A stretch of 64,000 nucleotides of DNA from Eledone cirrhosa (Eukaryota), in the NCBI GenBank assembly GCA_964016885.1, contig OZ024745.1, positions 21,948,001 through 22,012,000 on the forward strand, given 5' to 3'. The first letter of the stretch is position 1. Each line of letters begins with the position of its first letter. Position numbers and translations under genes: made by a program. The notes below the pieces were generated by a model that made no database searches, was not told where the DNA came from, and saw only the letters and a list, made by a program, of their open reading frames with translations. Positions 55,265 to 64,000 of this stretch are shown here, in pieces.

Positions 55265-55331
55265 TTTTATCTGACGAGGACGTACTGGGAAAAAACAACA
55301 ACACAGTACCTTCGAAATATATATAATAAAA
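55265..55331 (+). ncRNA. Hammerhead ribozyme, family 5 variant
   Basis: TTTTAT-CTGACGA-GGACGTACTG..CAGTACCTTC-GAAA-TATATA-TA-ATAAAA. Confidence 0.78.
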
Positions 55332-55379
55332 CATATATTTTGATTATGTGAATATCTTCATTTGTTAATATTTTGAATA

Positions 55380-55415
<36 letters not shown>

Positions 55416-55531
55416 GGTGACAATTGATACAGTCATTCTAACGTTAAATGGCTCGCTATTTGTTCTGGTTCTCAGAGCTCTGATTTCAAATCCCGTTGAA
55501 GTTAAATTTGCGTTCCATTCTTTAGGGTACG

Positions 55532-55643
<112 letters not shown>

Positions 55644-55649
55644 TATATA

Positions 55650-55684
<35 letters not shown>

Positions 55685-55686
<2 letters not shown>

Positions 55687-56525
55687 GGACCCCTAGCATT
55701 TGTCAGAGTATTGTTCTAGCAGAAGGCAACTCAGGAAACTGGGATAACTCCAATATAAAACCTACGGCTCAGTAGTTACCGATGATGTTGATCTTTTCTT
55801 CTTTTCGGGTTATAGCTACTGTCGCCCAGAGAGTGGGATTGGCTCAGTGCACAGTCTTTCCTCACTTTAAAAAATATCTTCACGCACATGCACTGCACGA
55901 TAGAATTAATTAATAATTATTAATATTGGTATATCGTGCAATGGCCATACTCGATAACGAAGGGGCAGCCATTATGTATGTATATGTCGGGTCACTCTTG
56001 AGTGCTACTGGTAACAGTTAACACAGTACAACCTGTCGCATGGTCGAGTCGTCGGCGACTAAACCGGTAACCCCACCAAGTTTACTTGGTGAGGAGGGTG
56101 ATTTTGGACAGCCTGCAGGAGAAAAAACAAAACCTGACAAAGGGCGGAAGAACTCATAAGAGTCAACTGCCATCCGAAAGTGTGTAAACATGTATATACA
56201 CATGTACCGCGCGGTTAAGCCACTGGGAGTGAAGGACCCTAGCCTTTGTCAGGGCATTTTTCTAGGAGAAGGCAACTCAGGAAACTGGGATAACTCCGAT
56301 ATAAAACCTGCGACTCAAAAACCGATGATGTGGAACTTTTCTTCTTTTCGGGTTATAGCTACTGTCGCTCAGAGAGTGGGATTGGCTTAGTGCACAGTCT
56401 TTCCTCACTTTAACAAATATCTTCACACACAGGCATTACACGATAGAATTAATTAATAATTATTAATAATGGTATATCGTGCAATGGCCATACTCGATAA
56501 CGAGGGGGCAGCCATTATGTATGTA
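55685..56525 (+). mobile_element. Partial tandem (period 547) of a non-coding retroelement with (TATG)n tail, RTE 5'UTR-like
   Basis: 55685-55983 approximates 56232-56525; both end GCCATTATGTATGTA, and the left flank is (TATG)n. Confidence 0.65.
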
Positions 56526-57019
56526 AGTATTAGTTTACAAAGGTTGCCGAATAATATTCGTGCCACTCCGGCCGCTTCTTAAAGATATAAGATTTATACG
56601 TAAAACAGAGAAACTGTGACGGCACACAAATTTATTACAAGTAAGCGGCGATGCGTGGCTAATGATATTTGTGTACCATAAACCTGGACTATCGATAGTT
56701 TCTGTATTACAATCTGCTCATAACAGGTCTAACTCTTATGAACAGAATGTTCTACAAAATGGAATACCTTCGTAAAAACAATCATTTTTCGTTAAGACGT
56801 AGATCATATTGGAAATGTGTGTTAGTTTGTCTCTCCTTGTCCATGTTTAAGTTCATGTCTGTTGTGTAACTTAGCGATTCGACAAGAGAGGGATAGATAA
56901 AATAAGTACTTGATAAGATACGTACTGGGGTGGATCGCTTCGATTAAATCAAGGAATTTTCTCCGGCATGATCGCAGTTTCATGAATGAAACCAATAAAA
57001 TTAAGTGGGGGAGGGGGTT

Positions 57020-57640
57020 GATTGTGTTTGTATATATATGTGAGTGTCTGTCTGAATGTGTTTGTGTGTATGTGTGAATGTTATTGTGTGTGTGTTTGTG
57101 TGTGAGTGTTGGTTTGAATGTGTTTGTGTGTATGTGTGAATGTTATTGTGAATGTGTTTGTGCGTGTGTGTGAGTGTCGGTTTGAATGTGTTTGTGTGTA
57201 TGTGTGAATGTTATTGTGTGTGTGTTTGTGTGTGTGTGTGAGTATCGGTTTGAATGTGTTTGTGTGTATGTGTGAATGTTATTGTGTGTGTGTTTATGTG
57301 TGTGTGTGAGTGTCGGTTTGAATGTGTTTGTGTGTGTGTGTGTGAATGTTATTGTGAATGTGTTTGTGTGTATGTGTGAATGTTATTGTGTGTGTGTTTA
57401 TGTGTGTGTGTGAGTGTCGGTTTGAATGTGTTTGTGTGTGTGTGTGTGAATGTTATTGTGAATGTGTTTGTGTGTGTGAATATTATTGTGAATGTGTTTG
57501 TGCGTGTGCGGGAGATTGAATGTGTTTGTGAGTTTGAATGTGTTTGTGGGTGTGTGTTTGAATCGGTTTGTGCGCGTGTGCGAGTGTGTTTGTGTGTGTG
57601 TGTTTGAGAATGTGTTTGTGTGAGTGTGTGTGTGTGTATG
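57020..57640. repeat. GT-rich degenerate minisatellite
   Basis: GGTTTGAATGTGTTTGTGTGTATGTGTGAATGTTATTGTG units. Confidence 0.85.
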
Positions 57641-57839
57641 TGTAAATGTGTTGGTATCTTTGGTTGACGTACACTGGTGAATGGCGTAAGAACACCTAAA
57701 AGCAGTGAAGCAGTGAATGGTCTGTTGAAATCCTGTAACTAGTATTGCTATTGTTCGCCGACCGAGATATTAAATAAAGATAAGTAAAACATACAGATAT
57801 AATATATGAGAGAGAGGGAGAGAAAAGGAGAGTGGGGGT

Positions 57840-58235
57840 GAGAGAGAGACAGTAAGAGAGAGAAAGACAGATAAAGAGATGAAACGGAAGATGGAGCGAA
57901 ACAAACAAAGCCAAACAATGCGATAGAGAAGGGGAGGTAAAGAACATGAGAGGTAGCGTGAGAGAGGAGAGAGAGAGAGCATGAGAGAAAGAGAACGGGA
58001 GAAAGAGAGAAGGAGAGAGGGGCGTGAGAAAGAGACAGTAAGAGAGAGAAAGACAGATAAAGAGATGAAACGGAAGATGGAGGGAAACAAACAAAGCCAA
58101 ACAATGCGATAGAGAAGGGGAGGTAAAGAACATGAGAGGTAGCGTGAGAGAGAGAGGTGAGAGATAGATAGATAGAGAGAGAGAGAGCATGAAAGAAAGT
58201 GAACGGGAGAAAGAGAGGAGAGAGGGAGAGAAAGG
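57840..58235. repeat. ~186-bp GA-rich tandem duplication
   Basis: GAGACAGTAAGAGAGAGAAAGACAGATAAAG occurs at ~57846 and ~58032. Confidence 0.85.
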
Positions 58236-58236
58236 T

Positions 58237-58279
<43 letters not shown>

Positions 58280-58367
58280 GAGGTTATATTTAATTTGTTG
58301 GGATTCAACAAGCTTAAACATTTTTATAACTGATATAAAGCACTCAACAAATAGTGGAGTAAATAAA

Positions 58368-58712
58368 CAATATATTAATAAATAGAAACTATATTTATAA
58401 AACCATATTTATTTTATTATACATATTTCAAGGGCAACCAAGAAAAATTATGGTGCGCTTTCATCAGATGAAATACAGATTTGTTTTATAAATAAATATT
58501 GACATACTCGGAAAAAAAAGACAACCTTAACTAGCCAGGAAGCTCCAACCGCTAAGGTTGTCTTTTTTTACGGGTATGTCAATATTTATTTATAAAACAA
58601 ATCTGTATTTTATCTGATGAAAGCGCACCATAATTTGCCTTGGTTGCCCTTGAAATATGTATAATAAAATAAATATGGTTTTATAAATATAGTTTCCATT
58701 TATTAATATATT
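58368..58712. mobile_element. Fold-back element family 10, hammerhead 58606-58671(+) with mirror copy on -
   Basis: ~160-bp arms centred ~58540; homologous to 48151-48444. Confidence 0.88.
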
Positions 58713-59542
58713 ATATATATATATATATATATAGGAACGAGTAGGACACCCCGGGGTCCTACTCGTTCCTATTACCCACTCTACTACCCTAAGAATTGAG
58801 TACTTTGGTGCGTTATGGTCCATCTGGTTCCTTACCACATTTCCTTCGTTATATATATATATATATATATTTGAGAGAGAGAAAGAGAGTGAGGGGGTAG
58901 CAGGAGAGAGAGAGTGTGGGAAGTTACAGAGAGAAAAGAAAGGAGAGAGAAGAAGCAAGAAAGAATATCTGAGAGAGGAGGAAAGAGTAAAGAGAGTTGG
59001 CTTTCCAGGAACTAGTTGAGTCGAATTGAAATGTGGAGGAAAATGCTAGTTTCGGTTTTACAATTTTAAACAGGCTTTACAAATGTAATAAAATTTCCCA
59101 TTGTATACATAGAAAAATCAGTAACATTGATTGAAAGTACGAACGTGTACGAACAGTTGGTTTAAATGTTGGAACTGGAAGAAACTAGGTGTACATGTAT
59201 GTCTAAAGTAGACTATGTCTTAAGTCTCTCTTGTGAGATTGTCCGCATATATAAACGTGTATAGTTACAAATAAAGATTCAGCGAGAATCGCATTTTCGG
59301 CGAGCAGGAAAAGCGAAGCGAAACGCAAAAATCAGAAATGATACTGGCAAAGTGCTCAATAGTTAAAAACCAGAGCTAAACAATGTGTTAAGAAGCCATA
59401 CAAAACAGAAAAGGTGGTGAAGAAAGCATTAACCACCCAAGCCAAAAACCAAATCTAGCTAAGCAGGTCAAAACAAAATAAATGATAAAAAATAAGTGAT
59501 GACAGGTATATTTATATCCATCAGACATGCATACATGCATGC

Positions 59543-59609
<67 letters not shown>

Positions 59610-59700
59610 ATAAATGCATACGTACATACATGCATATATACATACATGCATATATAAATGCATGCATACATGGTTACGAGCATACATACAAGCATACCTG

Positions 59701-59762
<62 letters not shown>

Positions 59763-59765
<3 letters not shown>

Positions 59766-60696
59766 TATATTATATTTTGAGAATAAACTCTCAGTCGTTT
59801 ACAATAATCAAGCTCCAGGAAAAGGGGCATTTCCGAGCAGTTAAATACATTAAAATATATGATAAACACAAAACGTGTTTGCATTGCAACAGACAAAGTT
59901 AGCTATTAATGAAATAAACTAATTAAAGTGAATACAATTTGTCTGTCTCGATATAAGTCAATAAAGACAAGCTTATATTGGCAACGGCCATGATTCCTGG
60001 ACAGATTTAAATTTCAAAATCCAAACCTGTTCCGTAGACGAATTTGAACCTCGATATCGAGACAGACAAATTGTATTCACTTTAATTAGTTTATTTCATT
60101 AATAGCTAACTTTGTCTGTTGCAATGCAAACACGTTTTGTGTTTATCATATATTTTAATGTATTTAACTGCTCGGAAATGCCCCTTTTCTTGGAGCTTGA
60201 TTATTGTAAACGACTGAGAGTTTATTTTCAAAATATAATATAGTATATTGCTCCTTAACTGTAGAGCTGATCTTTAATCCCGCATAAACGGCTGTTATTT
60301 CTAGCACCGGGAATGCGGGACGGCTAGTTTGGCATGGCTACACACGTGTAGTCAGACCTGCAAAATTTTTGATGTGAGATATACTAATTTTACTGGATTC
60401 CTGTTGATAAGCACAGAAGATTTGGAAATTTCACTTTTTATTTCAATTCCATTTCGATTCTCTTTATTTTTCAATTCACATACCACCGTTGCGAAACGGA
60501 TTTAGGTTTCGAGGTTCAAATTCGTCTACGGAACAGGTTTGGATTTTGAAATTTAAATCTGTCCAGGAATCATGGCCGTTGCCAATATAAGCTTGTCTTT
60601 ATTGACTTATATCGAGACAGACAAATTGTATTCACTTTAATTAGTTTATTTCATTAATAGCTAACTTTGTCTGTTGCAATGCAAACACGTTTTGTA
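59763..60696. mobile_element. Element with inverted 5' arm plus 555-bp partial tandem, between (TA)n runs
   Basis: 59763-60053 is the inverse of sequence at 60055-60246 and 60510-60696; TATCGAGACAGAC occurs at 60055 and 60610. Confidence 0.85.
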
Positions 60697-60786
60697 TATA
60701 TATATATATATATATATATGAAGTTGCCTTATCTGACGAACGAATGCGGACGTCTCTCGGGTAATGAGGTAATTATACTCCGTTGT

Positions 60787-61556
<770 letters not shown>

Positions 61557-62129
61557 CAAAGACCACATATAGGTCGACAGTTGTATAACATGGGGGTTTA
61601 GACATAGTTGTGCGCACTCAACCACGTATACATATGTATGTGTCTGCGTGAGACTGTATATATATATATATATATATATGTACGTGTGTGTACACGTATA
61701 TATGTATATATATATTTGTACATATGTGTCTATGTGTGTATGTATATCTATATATATAAACATATACATGCAAATATATATTTATATACACACATATATA
61801 TATGCATATATATATATATGTGTGTGTGTGGGGGGGTGCATGCGTATGTGACTACGGACATACAAAACAATGCCAGTCGTGTACGCTGATATAGCTCAAT
61901 AGTAAGGTTGTGGTGGAGGTGAGAGTACATATACTGAGAGGGAAGCCGCGGTATATAAGCCACATTCACTTCAATATTGCTTTGTATTAATTTAAGTCTT
62001 TTCGCTAAAGATTGTTTATAGAATTTTGGCGCACAGGAAAGTGTATATATAATATAATATAACATAATAGAATAAATCGTAAGGAACGTGGAATTCTCCA
62101 AGAAATATTATGGAAGGAAATTCAATATA

Positions 62130-62174
<45 letters not shown>

Positions 62175-62211
62175 ATGTATATATATATATATTTATGTAT
62201 ATATGTATGTA

Positions 62212-62342
<131 letters not shown>

Positions 62343-62357
62343 ATATATATATATATA

Positions 62358-62462
<105 letters not shown>

Positions 62463-63354
62463 ATTTATACATATATATATATATGTATATATGTATATAT
62501 ATATATATATATGTGTGTGTCTGTGTGTGTACATATATACATACATATATACATACATATATACATATATATGTGTGTGTGTGTGCGTGTGTGGGTGTAT
62601 GGGTTTCGGTGTGTGAATGGTTGACTGAGGATGTGTATGTGCTTAGTGAGGTAGAAAAATATCGAGTGAAAGAGAAATTGAGACAAAAAGAAAGAGTGAA
62701 AGAAAGCACGTATGTATAAACATATGAAGGAATGATTGGCTGCATAAACGAATGAACGATTGAAAGAATGAAGGAATGATTGGCTGTATAAACGAATGAA
62801 CGATTGAAAGAATGAAGGAATGAATGAAAACGGTAAGTGAATAAAGAATTGGGAATTAGGTGAGGGCCTTTAGTGAAGTGCTCGTCAAGATTGAATGATT
62901 CAGAGTAGCAAAGATTCAGAAACTCCTTTATATTGGATTTATATATGCATATTTAATTGTGTATGTGCTCCTGTATGCATGTATGAGGAGGTTGTGTATG
63001 TAGGTATGAGTATGAGGTTGTGTATATAGGTATGCATTTTTGTATGTATTTGTTAATGCATTTCTGTATGCATGCATGCATGCATGCATATATGTGTGTA
63101 TATGTTTGTATGTAAATATTCATGCATGTATTAGTTTGTAACATACATTCCCGCCGATTTGTGAATACAAACAAATTATAACAACGGCGGGAAGTTATGT
63201 TACAACCCAATATATATATATGTATATGTATATGTATGTGTATTTGTATATATGCAAATTTTCATGCGTGCATATATGTTATATGTTTGTATGTAAATAT
63301 TCATGCGTGTATATATGTATGTGTTTATATTTGTATATAAATATTCATGCGGAA

Positions 63355-63554
63355 AGTTCGTAGGATGAAAAGTTCATAAGCTGACCAAGATACTCTCATG
63401 GAATAACCAAATGAGTTATATTTTTCAACATAGTTCCTGGGAAGTAATAATGCAGTAATTAATAAGAAGAGTTGAAATTAATGAATGCAAGATTTCACAG
63501 CTCTAGCTTCACTTCTTCAAAGCCAGCCTATGAGCTTTTTAGTCCACCGTTGTA
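63355..63554. mobile_element. Mariner-type MITE, inverse of 39592-39788
   Basis: GAAAAGTTCATAAG...CAGCCTATGAGCTTTT ends; internal TTTCACAGCTCTAG is the reverse complement of ~39640-39653. Confidence 0.65.
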
Positions 63555-63844
63555 TATATGGAGTTGTGTATATATGTATGCAATTATGTATGTATTTGTG
63601 TAAGCACTTTTGTGTGTATGCATGCATGTATGTATGCAAATATGTATATATCTATGTTGGTATGTAAATATCCATGCATACATATATGTATGTTTATTTG
63701 TGTTTATATATGAATGTAAGTATATATGTGTCTATTATGTATGTATGCATGTATGTATGCCTGTATGTATGTATGTATGTATGTATTATGTATGTAAGAA
63801 TGTATGTATGTATGAATGAATGTATATATATATATATATATATA

Positions 63845-63980
63845 TTTCGTTTCTGAATTTGTTTAGTAAGATTCTTTATCTGAAATCGTGTGTTGAAACC
63901 GATATTGTTATACTTTGGGAGGGTCATGTTGCCAATAAGAAACACACGCACCAGTTGCTTTCACTTCAATTTATTATAAG
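63845..63980 (-). mobile_element. Family 3 element, 3' portion
   Basis: Near-identical to 23813-23946 and abuts (TA)n at the same position. Confidence 0.88.
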
Positions 63981-64000
63981 AAATTCATAATAAATATATA

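Noticed and set aside
60735-60775. Hammerhead at CTGACGAACG
   Set aside because: No downstream GAAA or stem II.

Overview
This is eukaryotic, repeat-dominated DNA with no intact protein-coding gene I can support; nearly all listed ORFs are read-through of micro- or minisatellites. The SINE families and extreme (TA)n/(CA)n load suggest an octopod cephalopod genome (inference from recalled repeat sequences, not searched). Layout: 1-4.3 kb is a 21-bp satellite. 4.5-11.4 kb is a G-rich TTATAGTGGG(G) satellite carrying three co-amplified tRNA-SINE heads. The rest holds two decayed CRE-type non-LTR retrotransposon pieces, about 15 copies of one tRNA-derived SINE, mariner MITEs, a non-autonomous Helitron and large ACC/GTT minisatellites. 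The main hidden signal is about 12 sequence-distinct families of short non-coding elements sitting in or beside (TA)n runs, mostly as fold-back (head-to-head inverted) structures. Each carries a hand-foldable minimal type I hammerhead ribozyme: stem I, CUGANGA, stem II, GAAA, a usually palindromic stem III, then NUH. One family has a compensatory U3-A8 core and one has a 100-115 nt stem II. These resemble Penelope-like pseudo-LTR or retrozyme-type non-autonomous retroelements. All folds and coordinates were read by eye.
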